DNA of 64,000 bases from Minutocellus sp. GHC0000111 (Eukaryota), in contig OZ361261.1 of the NCBI GenBank assembly GCA_977018835.1, forward strand, positions 2,108,001-2,172,000. Reading direction: 5' to 3'. The position numbers and the translations under genes were made by a program. The first letter of the stretch is position 1. Each line of letters begins with the position of its first letter. This document shows, in pieces, positions 1 through 13,600 of this stretch. The notes beneath the pieces were generated by a model. That model saw only the letters and a list, made by a program, of their open reading frames with translations, made no database searches and had not been told where the DNA came from.

Positions 1-415
1 TTGAGGTTGGTGGGCGAGATGTGCAAGCTGCAGAATTGACCGTGTAGACTTTTGAGATGGAGAGATGGAGGTGACAGGCGTCCTCCTTTTGATTCGAATC
101 GCTACTCACTTTCAACTGAATTTGACTGGGGCTGCATTTCTCACGCGAACAAAATGAAAAGGGAACGCGAATAGAATAGTTTTTGAGGAGGGAAATAAGT
201 GTATTAGTGTCCTGCGATAACGCAAATCTTGGCATTCGGTACAAAACATAACTGGCGTTGCTCCGTGCAACGGCCGGCACGGCATATGCTTCATTCTTCT
301 CAGTTTAAATCTCCGGGTTTCTTTGGTTGGATGCTTCAGCAATTTTTCAACATGCTCTCATTATTCTCGGAATTCTTGTCGAGGCGTGAATGAGAACAAG
401 CCGCTGCTGTAGATA

Positions 416-2382
416 ATGCGCGGTAGGGAGAGCTTTTCACTTATGCCCAGACTTCTGATATCATCCTCCTTTGTAGTATTGGCGTCGTCATGGAATGCTT
501 TTGCGTTCCACCAGGCGTGCCCGTCTCGTTTGTCTTTGCCCAATAAGTATTGCTCCCAAAGTAGGAATGCCATAAGATTCCGCCCCCAGCACTTATTGAC
601 GCTGAGGACAAAGCCCTCAGATGACGTCGACGATGATGATGTAGACAATCTGTTCTTTGATGACTTTGGAGGCGATTTCGTCGGTTCCGACGGACCAGCG
701 TCGTCGTCGTCTTCGTTTTCGTCCTCCCTCTCTGAGCGTATCGAGGAGCAAAGGTTGGGCGAAGAACGCACCGCAGCCAAGCTTGCCAAGAATTGGAAGA
801 CGGGCAACTGGGGCGTACGTGGATTCGTCCTCGATTCGTCCGATCCGATCCGTGAAAGTATGGCAGATGCGACTGCATCTGCCGAAAATGCAGACGCTGG
901 AGGTGGCTCTGCCCCTCGTCTGGGTGGAGGCGGCAGTTCCAATGCTGATGCTGTGGAAATTCCTCCGATTCATGTGTCAACTATTGTGGCTGACCAGAGT
1001 CACATGTATGACGAGGGTTATGAAAGCGAGAAGATCGATAAAATTGTTGTCGGGAGAACCGACGGATCAGTCCTCATTGTGAAGATGGGAACTGCGTACA
1101 TGACACAGTTCACTGCAGTCCCAAAGCTTCACCTTGACGATTCCTCTTCTTGGGATAGCAACAATGACGTCTCTCCAGCTTCGGCAGATCAAGACACGGC
1201 GTCAAGCGATGGCCCAAGTGTTCGTGTTGAGACAGAGCTGATGAATGCCGAAGATGTTCAGAAGAGTCTAGGAGATGTGGTGGGTGAAATTGGAGATGGA
1301 AATGAGGTCAAAAATATGCAATATCCGATGGAGGACCCATTCGACGCATTGTATGGCGCTGGCAAGAAGACGGAAATAATTCGGAATCCAAAATGATCCC
1401 AGGAAAAACATTGAGTGATGCTCACTCTGATCGGATTGTTGCACTCAAGGTCCTGTCTTCGTCTCCGAATTCGATCGAACCCGACCTACTTCTTTCCGCA
1501 GGGATGGTTCTTTCGCGCTTTGGGATCTCAATTCAGGCGATCTCGTAACGCGTTGTCAGATGCTGACTGAAACGTCAGAGCCGGAATCCATTATGAGCGC
1601 AGACGTTGATGCCTCCGGCGTGGATGGTGATGTAATATATTTTGGGTTGAGTTCTGGTTACGTCAATTGTTATTTTGTCAACGATATCATAGGTGCTAGC
1701 GCTGGTGGCGTTTGTCCAATGCCCAGCTCCCGTTTTCAGGCTCACGACGGTGTTGGTGGAGTCCCTGCGATTCTTGCTGCAGGTCAGGGTACCAGCATTT
1801 CCAGCAATTTGCAACAACAGGCTCGGCCTACATCCATACTTTTGACTGGGGGCGCGGATGGTCTGGTGAAACAATGGTGAGAATGCCTTTGTGTGCTTGT
1901 ATGCTATGCATGCTTTGTATGTATCAGAAGCCTCATTATTCATTTTTGATTGCCGCACTGATTTTCAATCCAAATCTACTGTATAGGGAGATGATGGCAC
2001 GAAAGCTACCACCAAGTGAAGGTACAGAGGAACAAGGAATGAATACCCCCTCATTCCAGCTTGAGCATTGGCCTCGTCTACCAACGCAACGAATGAAACG
2101 CAGGGCCCACCTATTCCAGGCCTTTTCTGGAGCTGCGATCAACGCTTTGGCCCAGATCGAGCCGTCTAAATTTCTATCTGCCGGTGCGGATGGAACCGTT
2201 CGGATATGGTCACCGTCGGAGGGGAAGAATTATACCGTATGGATGGTTTTACAGCATCGATCTCAAGCTTGGTCCTGGCAAAAGATGCTCTTCTAACGAA
2301 TGGAATGGAAAACATGGTGTGCCTGCACGATTTTGGGGTGGATATCGACGAAGCTGAGAATGGTTATGAGCTGGAATGGTGA
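416..2382 (+). pseudogene. WD40-repeat protein with putative signal/plastid transit leader; at least 3 apparent frameshifts
   Basis: N-terminus LLISSSFVVLASSWNAFAF. WD-like segments (AHSDRIVALKVL..LLLSAG/DGSFALWD, LLTGGADGLVKQW, FLSAGADGTVRIW) lie in different frames, with shifts near ~1365, ~1503 and ~2228. GT-AG intron ~1877-1987. Confidence 0.6.
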
Positions 2383-2616
2383 GGACTGCTGTAGCTAGTG
2401 GGGGTGCAACCCACACTCTATATTGTAATCCACCCAAGTGTCTCTTTGTATCTGGTTTACTTTATTCTAGTCCCAGTAGTGGCTAAGAAGCCCCCGTTCA
2501 GTTTCAACATGCAGTTGGAAGCGATACATATTACATCGGGCAAGGGCACGAAAGCGTTATCACAATTCCGCCCACGCTTTGCCCAGAGCTATTTCTTCCT
2601 TTTTCGTACGACAAGG

Positions 2617-3869
2617 TTAGAAGCCGCAGGCTTCATCGTCGGAATCATCTGCCACAACCTTGCTCTTTTTAGCGGCGGGTTTGGCAGCTTCCTCGTCGTC
2701 ATCGTCGTCTCCACCGCCGCCGCCACCGTAATATCTCTTCCGTAACTCTTCCACAGACATATTCGCCTCTTCGTTGAGGGCAACGAGCTCTCCATACTCA
2801 GCCTCCTCAGCATCGCTCATCTCGTCGTCGTCCGAGGCTTCGTCATCAAAGTCCCCATCGTCACCTCCAATGGGAACGTACTTCTTGTTTGTAACAAGGG
2901 GGTTGCTACCGTCACCACCAGTACTCTTGTAAGTTCCCTCGATGGTGAAGGCACCAAAGTCGTTGATTCCATTCCCCTGCACCTTGAAGCTAGTGGCGTC
3001 GCCCTCCACAGCCGAGAAGGTGATCTCCACATCCTTCTCCTTGATCTTTCTGTGACCCTCCTCCTCGGGCGTGAAGAAGAAGCCATCGAAGACGATCGTG
3101 CGCTTGGGTGGGATGGTCTCGGAATCCACCTTCTTCTTCGATACCGTGGGCTTGTCCAGGAGGAAGATGGGACCATCCCCGCTGCCATCGGTGGACATGG
3201 TCTGCTTGCTCTTGAGCTTGAACGTTTGCTTCTTCTTCTTGGGTGCCTTCTTACCCTTGCCAACTGGCTCATCGGCATCTCCCGATTCGAATTCGGCAGC
3301 GGCGGCGGCGGCGTCGAGATCCCTCTTCATTTGCCACGTCCCCACGTAGGAAACGCGTCCCTCCTCGTTCAGCAGCACTTTGCCATCGAGGACGGCGTAG
3401 TTTTCAGAATCGGCGGGGGCTGCCTTCTTCTTTTTGCCGCCATCGGCCGAGTCGTCGTCTTCGTAGGCATCAGATTCCTCGGGATCCTACGTACGTAGTT
3501 GAGTTGTTTGGTGGGAAATACGAATAAGAAAGCAGAAGGAAAGGTAAGATGTGCTCGAATCAAATGACGAGGAGAAAGAAAAAGACATGATTTCACACCA
3601 TCGTCTCTTTCATGTTCATCAAAACGAAAGAAATACAAATTCTGCCTCGAATCAAATCTCGATCCATCTCCATCCAATTCATTGGGGGTAGATAGCACAA
3701 ACCCATCCAATTCGAAAATGTCCGATGAGATGGATGCCGCGCATGGATGTAGATAGACGAGTTAAGTTCTCACCTCATCGTCAGGGTCAAAATCACCGAG
3801 GCCATCGTCCTCGTCTGCCCCAGCGAGGTACTCGGCCATAATCTTGGCACGTTCTTCTTCGGTTGCCAT
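2617..3869 (-). CDS. Acidic/basic nuclear-type protein with C-terminal L..EA.M..EEL..Y motif (2 exons: 3869-3773, 3486-2617)
   Basis: ATG at 3869 (MATEEERAKIMAEYL...). A GT..AG intron joins in frame to ORF 2617..3378. K-rich NLS-like stretches and acidic tracts. Confidence 0.7.
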
Positions 3870-4195
3870 CTTGGCGTTGCTGTTTGGTGATGGTTCGATA
3901 CCGTTTTGGCGGGTGGCTTTATTTCCGTCGTGGCCCGTGGCCGCTGGCGATGGCGCCGTCGTGGCGGCGCGTTGGAGTTGGAGGTACTATGGCGGGTGGC
4001 AGTTTTCCCTTGTTTTTACGTAGGAATCGGTACATAAAATTTCTTGCGATTTTGTGGCCAAAATCGCAAGAAAAACTAAACGCGGCACTAAATCACCAGC
4101 CGACAACATCGAAGTGGACGCCGCCGCGCGCCAAAGGGAGCGAAGCGTAAGCAGCAAGCCTCACCACAAGTCAAGAGGACGAGTTTGCTCATTGG

Positions 4196-5393
4196 ATGCT
4201 GGTCCAACCTTGCGTGTCTTTATTGCATTACGGTGTCATACATTCCTACGCTTCATTCTCTCTCTTATCTCGCGCGTGGAAGCAGCATAGAAAGCAAGCC
4301 GAAAGTCGACATGCCAGGCGTCGAGCCCTCATCCTTCTCTTGGGGGATAGCATCACTCAGCTGAGCTTCAGCGCCGTCAATGCCGGTTGGGGCGCCCATC
4401 TCGCCGATCAGTACCAGCGCCGTGCTGATGGTAAGTGAGAGATTTTCAGATTGTAGCATTCGCCTCTGACTTTCACCTCATCGTCGAGCAAGGTTTGCGT
4501 ACTGGTTTCCTTGAAGATGGCCTCGGGAGTTGTCAGTACGTTGAGCTCGGTGCTGCTACCGATGCCACTGCCACCGCCACCACGTTACTTTCACTTCAAC
4601 TCACAGCATCATTACTTTTCATGTCACTTCCTTCGCCGCTCCAACAGTCCTCAACAGAGGCAAATCAGGCTACAACACCGATTGGTATCTGAACTATCTC
4701 AATACTACCGAAGGAAAGCAAGATATTTTCGGTAGCGATCACAATCCCATGAATGTGCGAATTGCAACCATATTCTTCGGTGCCAACGATGCATCCGACG
4801 CCGTGCTGAATCCGAGGCATCACGTCCCATTGCAGCGTTTCAAGGACAATCTCAAGAAGATTGCCAGCACCATCACGCAGCACATTGGCCATCACGTCAA
4901 GATCATCATCATCTGCCCGCCTCCCGTCCATCATGAGACTCGTCTCAAGTACCAAGTCCAACGATATGGAGACAATGCAACGGGTAAGCTGGAACGGACA
5001 CTCCAGCTCTCTGGCAAGTACGCGCAGGCAGCCGCCGAGGTTGCCAACGAGCTCAATGTTCCGCATCTCAACCTGTGGAAGGATATGCAGAATGCCGCAC
5101 CTGGCCCTGACGAGCCATGGTCCAAATACTTGAACGATGGTCTGCATCTGAGCCGAGAGGGCAACATCTTTGTTGGTCAAAGGCTCACCGAGCTCATCAA
5201 GAAGAACTTTCCCGAGTTGGCCGTCACTCCCTGTCCTCATACGGACTATCCTGGCAATTCGGCCAGCGTCTGTCCCGGCCTGGACCATTTTGGGCCGTGG
5301 CATGATCACATTAATCACACTGATCCTATGCAGTCCTTCCGAAAGAAGCGCAAGATGACAATCGAAAGCAATGGGGAGCGGCATCAGGATTGA
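4196..5393 (+). CDS. SGNH/GDSL hydrolase, isoamyl-acetate esterase (IAH1)-like; intron 4431-4647; start uncertain
   Basis: Blocks GDSITQ, VLNRGKSGYNT, IFFGANDA and DGLHLS join in frame across the intron. Confidence 0.85.
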
Positions 5394-5521
5394 AATGGAA
5401 GGCAGAGATCTGCGATCTGACTGGCTGCACAATTGCTAATTCGATGCAACTGATTCGATTCCATTGTATACATAATGATAATTTAAAATAAGACGAACAT
5501 GAACAAGAACAAAGTGATCTA

Positions 5522-8196
5522 TTAGGATATTAGTTTGGGTGGCATCCCGACTTTTCGTAGATGATGAACTTTCTCAAAGAGCCAGGATATCATCTGCTCG
5601 TCGTCAGGTAGAGAATGTCCAGAGGACCCATGTTCATAATGCCATTTCTTCTGTAACTTTTCGATTCCGTAAGTTTCGCCGGCACACTTGAGACTCGCAT
5701 TGCCATTCTTGGTATAATAGGTATTATTGTACAACACTGGAAATTTGGCAGTCTCGGAACACGAAGCGTATGTAAATCCAATGAGGTCGTCACAATCGCT
5801 ACCTCGACAGGACAAAATCGCACATATATTGTTGGTGAATTTGTGCTGGTGCTTTGGCTTGAAATGATTTACGTTGATGCAATTTTGCCCATCGTAGGGA
5901 CTTACAATGACCAAGTTATCGGTGAAGCTGCTATCGTGTCCTCCGTAGTCGGCTTTGAGACCTTCTCCGCACATAATATTGTCACTTATTTGGTAGAACG
6001 AGCTGCCATCGTCGTTGTCGATGCCTTGGCTCGCCCCGTAGTTCGCAACAATAAAATTCTTAGTGACCAAATGTGGTGCAGTGTCGTAGCCGTATTTTCC
6101 AGACGCATCCCAGAGAAAGGGCTGTCTATCCCACGTGTTGATAGGCCCGTGATCGCCAGATTCGCGGCAGGTGTTGAATAGGAGATTGTTCGAAATGACA
6201 TTTCCACCACCGAATCCATCGTTGATGTTGATTGCGGCCCGTGGCATGTTGAAGAATATGTTGTCAGTGATATAGTTGTCGCAACTCTTGGCTTGAAACC
6301 AAGCAGAACTCTGCTTCTGGTAGAGGCCAATTTCTCTTACGATGTTGCGACGAACAACAGTCTCTCGAGGTTGGCGACCATCTCGTCCGTCCCACTCGTT
6401 AGTGTAGCCCCAAGTGTAGCCCCAAGCGGCCATGGCGCTTTCGCCTAACCATTCAAACTCACAGTCTTCGATGGTAATCTGTCTAGTGCGATCGGTCAAA
6501 ATGATGCCGTGCAATCAAGACGTGAAAATGTACAATTCTGGACCGATGTTCCGATAGAATTGGCTATTTGAAGCGCTGCACCCTTATAAAGGCTCCAGTC
6601 GCCTCCAGAGGGGACGCCGTGCTTCTCTAGAAATGTGCTCTTGGCGTCTCTGAAGCCAACATTTGATATCGTTACCTTGTCAGCCCCATTGATATCAATA
6701 AGTGTGGCTAGCTTTGGCACGATGAGAGTCATGTCTGAGTCTTTCTCGATATCAGTGGCATTCAAAAGAAGTAGAATGGTTCTGTTGGATTCGACGTAAA
6801 AAAACTCGCCCGGAGTATCCAGTTCTTCCAAAACATTCTCGACAAACCATCCGCCACCAATCAGACGGTCATCAATCACCTTGCCGTCCTCGTCTCGCTT
6901 GCACCAAGGTCCAACATATGTACATTGGTCGCACTTGCACCAACTTCTACCTCCCTGAGATCCGCCACGTCCAAAGAGTAATTCGCCAGTTGATTTGTTG
7001 TGGCTCTTGACCTCCCACATATTCGAGAACCAGCCCTGAGAATGACGAGCATGAAGGACGGCGCCAGTCGCATTGGACCAAGAAGCAATCCTGATACCAA
7101 CTTCGTCATCCGACTCTATGTTGTAGACCAGCCCGACAGGAAGGCCCAAAGTCCCAGCCTTGGCAAATTCAAAATCAACTTCAGCCCATCCACCGGCACT
7201 TCGATCGGCACACCAGTAAGATGAAGAGTACGACGTGTCCCAGACATCGTCACAAATGCCTCCTCGTCCCGAAACGTAGGTGTTGTACGCGCCCATCGTT
7301 GAATCATCTTTGACGACTCCAGTTGGGTTGTTGGGATCGGTAAGGTCGATAAAGGTGAACTGTTGCTCACCCTGTTTTGGCTTTGGTTTGGTCCATTCCT
7401 TTACGCTTTCTCCATCATTGGTGCCTACGTTAGGCCACCTAGCCCGTTGATATCGCACGTGAGGGTCGAGACGAAACAAACCTGGCACTTCTGTAATTTC
7501 TGGATTGGACACGGCGATTTCGTACAGCACGGCCTCCTTGGTCACCTTGCGTCGCTTTACGCTACCTTTGGTAATAGAAGTGGATATGGGGACGCCACCA
7601 CTGATCCAACTGGATCCATCTGCTGCACCCTCCATGATTAGATTGGAGTCTCTCCTTCCAAGTTGGATGGTTTCGTTGAGGTAGGTGATTCCCTGTGGCA
7701 AATGGATTCGCTTGCAGTCGCTCCAAGGCATCCACCGAGCTGCCTGGATGGCATCGTCTAATGCGGGATAATCTATGCCAACATAAAGCTCGTGACAGGA
7801 TTGCAGATCACGCTGGGTCTTGGTCTTGGTCTCGGTCTCGGTTGGCGCCAAAGCACTCCTCGGCCATCGTAGTGTTTGCACAGCCTTGTCGAGAGACAAG
7901 TCCCCCGAACATCTAGATCCAATCTCCAGGGCATCATACAACGTCTGCGGGTGCAATCGAGGCAGATCTGGCGCGAACTTGAACGCCGCCAGTCTCATCC
8001 CGCACTCTAATTTGGCGTGACCGGCGGCCGCCTCCCCCCTACCGACGAAGGAGGAGGTGAAGTAGGGTTCTTCCGATTCCCACCGGCGTTTCTTGTGCTG
8101 GTCCGACGTTGAGGAGGCTGGCGCGATGGTCACGAGAAAGAGAAGTACCACTGCACAAAGTGCCAATGGTGATGGTGGACGGAACGTGGACGCCAT
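5522..8196 (-). pseudogene. Secreted right-handed beta-helix (pectin-lyase-fold) protein split by one frameshift at ~6505
   Basis: Signal-like ALCAVVLLFLVTIAPASS, then WFVENVLEELDTPGEFFY, and repeated I..N.F strands (NMPRAAININDGFGGGNVISNN, DHGPINTWDR). ORF 6496..8442 and ORF 5522..6514 overlap in different frames. Could be a sequencing error. Confidence 0.7.
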
Positions 8197-8440
8197 TGTT
8201 CTGAATGAGAGTGGCTTGTGAAGATATGAGCCCCCGCCTGCCCCGTAGCCGTATCTTTGAGCTGCGCTGTCATAAAATAAAATGCGGGGGGTTCCCCGCC
8301 CCCGTTTTTCGCCGCTTGAGATCTGCACCCGGCCGCCGCGCGGCGTGTGCCGCGGGCGGGCACCGCTACCGGGCACCCCATCGGCGGCCGAGTTACACCG
8401 AGGACGAAGCGGAAGCAAAACCAACGGAACCGATCCAACC

Positions 8441-10504
8441 ATGAGCGACGAGGAGAGCTACGAGTACGAGTATGAGTGAGTGTGCCATTGGCGTATGTCT
8501 TAGTCGGGAGAGGCGGGGGGCGGGAGGTGTGTGAACGGGAAGCGCGCCGCGGAGGTCTCGTCGGGCGGTAGGTGCATCAGGAGCCCGTCGGATGCAGATG
8601 GAGCCAATTTGGGATGGGATAATCGTGGGCTGGTTCGAGCTCGTTTCCGCGGTGTGCGTTCTACATTCGCTTCGAATGTGTTTATTTTGAGATACCGCGC
8701 GCTTGTTGGTGGTATCCTTCTCCATCGCCACGCATCACAGCCGCCCTTTGCTGTTATCTGCATATCACTATCTACCCACATGAACTCACATGTTGAATGA
8801 ATGAATCGATCAATAATCAAAATGCAGCGACGACGAGGACGAGCAGATGGGAGGAGGAGGGGATGACGGGTCGGAGGAGGAATCCTTCGAGTACACCGAC
8901 GACGACGAGGAGGACAACCAGGACGACTTTGAGATTACCATCGAGAATGCCTACTACAACGCCAAGGGGCTGAAGGAGACCGACGTCGGGGAGGCCGAGG
9001 AGGCCTTTCTGGGGGTTATTACCACGGAACAGGAGGAGATGGCCAAGCAGGCCGGCGACGAAGGTGGCGGCGATGCCAAGAAGAAGTACGGACCGTGGAG
9101 CTTCAAGGCCCTCAAGCAGCTCATGAAGCTCCACTTGCAGACCAACGACACGACCAAGGCCATGGATCGGTACACCGAGCTGTTGGTTTGCGTTGCCAAT
9201 GGGGTTGTGAGTCCCAATGCCATCGAGAAGGGTGTCAATGGGATGCTGGAGCGTGTATCGGCCCTGCTCGTGCAGCAGGGTGGTGGCGGTGCTGGTGGTG
9301 CCGACGATGATGCAGGCGATGACGACAAGAAGGCTCTGGCCCGTAACGTGTACCTAGGTACGATGCCACCGTCTCCGTCTTCCATCCGCAGACCGGATCC
9401 TCTCCCAACGAGCGCCTTTGGTTCAAGACCCTCCTCAAGTTCGGCCAACTCCTGTACGAGATGAAGGAGACGGCCAAGCTTCAGCTCGTCATTCGTGATC
9501 TGCTCAAGGGTGCCGGTGGGGACAGCGCCGGCGGTGGGACTGGGGAGGGTGCGACCGCCAGCGGCAGCACCAACCTAATGGAGATCATGGCGCTGCAGAT
9601 CCAGCTCTACTCCCGGCAGAAGGACAACAAGAAGCTCAGGGAGGTGTTCGACAAGGCCATGCGCGTTCAGGGTGGAATTCCTCATCCCCGTACCCTGGCC
9701 ATCATCCAGGAGCTCGGTGGCAAGATGCACATGCAATCGCGCGAGTTCGAGAAGGCCGCCACGACCTTCTTCCAGGCCTTCAAGTCCTACGATGAGGCCG
9801 GTGATCGGGCCCGCCTCCGTTGTCTCAAGTACCTCGTCCTGAGCAGCATGCTGCACGCCTCGTCGATCAACCCGTTCGATTCGCATGAGGCCAGACCGTA
9901 TCGGGATGATCCGGAGATTCAGGCCATGACCAACCTGGTGCATGCCTTTCAGAACAACGAGATCAAGAAATTCGAGTCCATCCTCAGGTCCAGTCAGGGA
10001 CGGACCATCAAGAATGACGAATTCATCGCCGAGTATCTGTCCGATCTGCTCCGGACCATCCGAACTCAGGTTCTCATCAAGGTTATTGGTCCGTACGAGC
10101 GCATCTCTCTCAAGGCCATCGCCAGAGAGCTCAATGGCATCCCCACCGGGGATGTGGAGAGTCTTCTGGTCGCCCTCATCCTCGATGGGCGTCTCAAGGG
10201 CCGGATCGATCAGGTAGCTGGGGTCCTTCTCAAAAATCCTGAGGCGGGATCTTCGGCGGCTGCTGGCGGCGGCACCGGGACCTCCGCTGATGGAACCGGT
10301 GGCGCTGGCGGTGGGGCCGGTGCTGCTGCTGGAAGTGCCTCCTCTAGTGCCCCTATCGGCTTTGGCTCTTCTGGAGCTGCTGCAGCCATCGAGATGCGCA
10401 ATTACGATGCCATCGATGCCCTAGCCTCCGCTCTCGAGGATCTGACAACTGCGGTAACCAGCCACAGTGGCATGGAGAAGTCAAGCGCTTTGCGCGTCAT
10501 GTAG
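8441..10504 (+). pseudogene. CSN2: COP9 signalosome subunit 2 (PCI domain); intron 8476-8828; frameshifted by an 8-bp insertion at 9351-9360
   Basis: Motifs IENAYYNAKG, WSFKALKQLMKL, NERLWFKT (in the shifted frame), IPHPRTLAIIQELGGKMH, FFQAFKSYDEAG, INPFDSHEARPY, GRIDQV. Confidence 0.9.
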
Positions 10505-10691
10505 ACTTACTTTCTTTTCACATTGCACATTTCCGCTTTGGTAGAGCGCAAACGAACAGCTAGATAAAGTCTAAAAATGGGGATTTTTTTCATGAACCAA
10601 TGTTTGTTTTTATTGTAACTAACTGCGAGCAAGTTGCAGAGATGAGGTATCGGTGGCTGCACACGTGCAGCTTAATTTCGTTACCTCGCCC

Positions 10692-13600
10692 TTACATGAG
10701 ACCCCTGCTGAGACTCTCAAGCTCTTCCCTAAGCTCTTTTGCTACCGTCTTGTTGAACTCGTTGTTAGCAGACGTCCCTTCGCCCCCACAACCAATCCCT
10801 GTCGACTCGATCTGGGTGTGCTCTAAAGCTGGCATTATACAAGCATAAAACTCATTAACGACATTCTTGATCTGGAGAGACGTTCCAGTACCATGGCGGG
10901 CAACAAATTCTCGCTTGAGGTTCTTGCTCTGTGAGTGGGCCAGTGTCAGGAGGTTAGAAGCGTTTCGCGCGAGGCTTGGCCCAAGAACTTGGAGAGCATG
11001 TCGTTCGGCTTCTTCGGAGTGATTCCTCGAATCAGGAACACTCATAGAAAATGAACTCATTCTGGATGCAATGTCTGCGGTGGTGGAGTGACCAAGATAG
11101 TCCAGACGTTCGCTTATCGAACGAGCAGCGTCCGAACAGCGGCATATTCCTTTGGCTATTGCCAGACCGTCGAGAGGGAGTGATGCGCTCCCCTCGGCAC
11201 GAATTTGCAAGTACAACAAACAAGTCTCGAGACATCTTGCTGCAGCAATGGCATGGTCGTATTTCTCTGCTGTCCACGTGCCGTGGTTGCCACTACTACG
11301 TCTCCCGAGTCCAGACCCCCAGGTACTTCCAGACCCCGATCCTGTCGGTGGATCGGGTAGGTGAATCGACTGTGATCCCTGAGCATCATCAGCGACAAGT
11401 AGGTCCCACCAGCTAGATCCCTGGCTCACGGTAATTGACACGTGCGTATTTTGGGAGAGTTTTGCACGCTCCATCGATGTTAAACGCATTGGTACGGACG
11501 GAAGGAGATGTCCCGGAAAAGGGTACTCAGCAAGATGGAATGCAAGATCAATTGCTCGGCGGTCCAGTCTCGTCAGAACATGCTGATCGATCATGGTGTC
11601 GAGGCCATTCGCGACACTACCGGTGGGCCCCGCCGAGGATTGCTGGGACAAAGACGACGCTACGAGCTGGAGGCAGGTAAATAGCTCCGTCACCAAGTCC
11701 ATATCTTTGGGGAACGATCTAATGAGGCGGTCGAATGTGGCCGAATACCACTGGATAACTTGGGCAGCATCATAAAGAAGCTTCTGCCGTGCCGGCGGAG
11801 CCAATTCCGCAATGCCCAATGATAACATGGTATTGAGGAGCAAGAGATGGCCACGGAGGAACTCGGGCGCTTGCACCTCGCGAGAGCCGTACGATTCTCT
11901 TTCGACGATTTCGTCGAGTCCACCCCCTGGTCCATAAACTTCCTTGGCGTACTTGGTGGCAGCTGAAACAAGCGCTGTGGTGATACCCATGTTGAGAAGG
12001 AAGTAGGTGCCGGTACGACAGCTGGCGATCTGCTGGAGAATAAAGGCCGCATCAATGTCGTAAGATTCAAGTGCATTACCAAGGCGAGCGAGGGCGGTCG
12101 TCTCGGGCGAAGCTGCGCGATTATTGTCAAAGGTGTACACTCGAAGGAGGAACGAGTCGCAAAATGATGGAACCTGCTCCTTCAACTTGGACTCGAGCCA
12201 ATCAAAGTACGTGATCAGGGCTGTGAATCCTGATCGTGCCGCCAGCACCATTGACCTTTCCTTCTCGCTGAACTGAACATCGACGCCGCTTGTCGTCGAG
12301 GAGGGGGCTGAAGTCGCCCGTCCAGATTGCGACGCAATCTGAAGAAGGAGAGACGCCGCGTTGAGATACGCGTCGTGTTCCCCCCACGATGAACGGAAGA
12401 GAATTTTCTCTCCAAAGGCTTCTGCCCCGTGGCCACTTCTCATCGCGCCTAGTACATCCACAAGACCACAACTGAGAATGGAGGCGCGTTCGTAGTTCCT
12501 TGCAACATCGGCACCACTGGAGCAGGCAGCAATAGCTGCACAGATGAGAGTGCAGATCTTTACCATGTCTTCCTTCTCGACGGACCTTTGATTGACGTTG
12601 GGGTTCCCGCTGCTACCGGTGCCTCTTGGGTTCATCGTGCCAGCGGCTCTGTTACCACCATCGGCAGCGGCGATATCAGCGGCAGAACTCACATCCGTCA
12701 GGAATGTAATCAGCTGTAGGGCAACTGCACTCATGGGTACTGCAACGCCCGCTTCGATCCTCGATGATTGTCTGTTCGGGTCTGCACTAAGACGAGTGAG
12801 TACCGCACAAAGCAATTGGACGACTGCTTCAATGCCGATCAGGGGGGTGGATGATGCGAGAGTATCGGTCACGTCTTGAAGGACGAAAGGTTGACAGGAG
12901 ACGAGGGACGATCCCATGACGAGGCCCCATGCGTTGGCAAAATGAGTCGAAGCGCAAGAAAATTTGGAGTAGGCATTCCATGCCGTAGCCCACTCAACTG
13001 CTGCGAGTTCTTGCTCGGTCTTTGGCGCCGATAGACTCGGGAGCACAGCAGCCGCTGCAATGTCACCGCCGGCAATGTTGCTGTTGTGGATTCGCAAGAG
13101 GGATACCAAGGCCACTGGATCAACCAAAACATGACCCCCTGTGACGTCTGATGGTCCGTCCATGGGTCTTTGAGCTGAGTGGATTAGATCTCTTGATGGG
13201 GTAGCAGCCCCCAAGCTGTGAGCTACCTCCGGTTGAACGATGGGCATATCAACCATGGCTTGAAGCAGCAGACATTGCGGTTGAGCAAGTAGAAGGGAAA
13301 GAAGCCTCTTGCACTTGGTCGGCTGTGGTGCAAACACTGCAGCCATGCCAGAATTGTCCTGCAGTGGGGCTGATGAGTGGAGGTGTCCAGCAAGGGCGTG
13401 CAATTCAAGGGCGCATCCCTTCAAAACCCACGCAATGCAATGCAAGGTGTCGTAGTCAGGACTTTTGTCGCTTCTCGACGCCAACGCTCGAGAGGTAACA
13501 ACCTGCAAAATCGATACTGAACTTTGAAGACCTGGGTAGTTGGTAGATAGGAAACGAAGCAGATGCGTGTACCAAAAGTCGCGTCCCCGTAGCTTCAACA

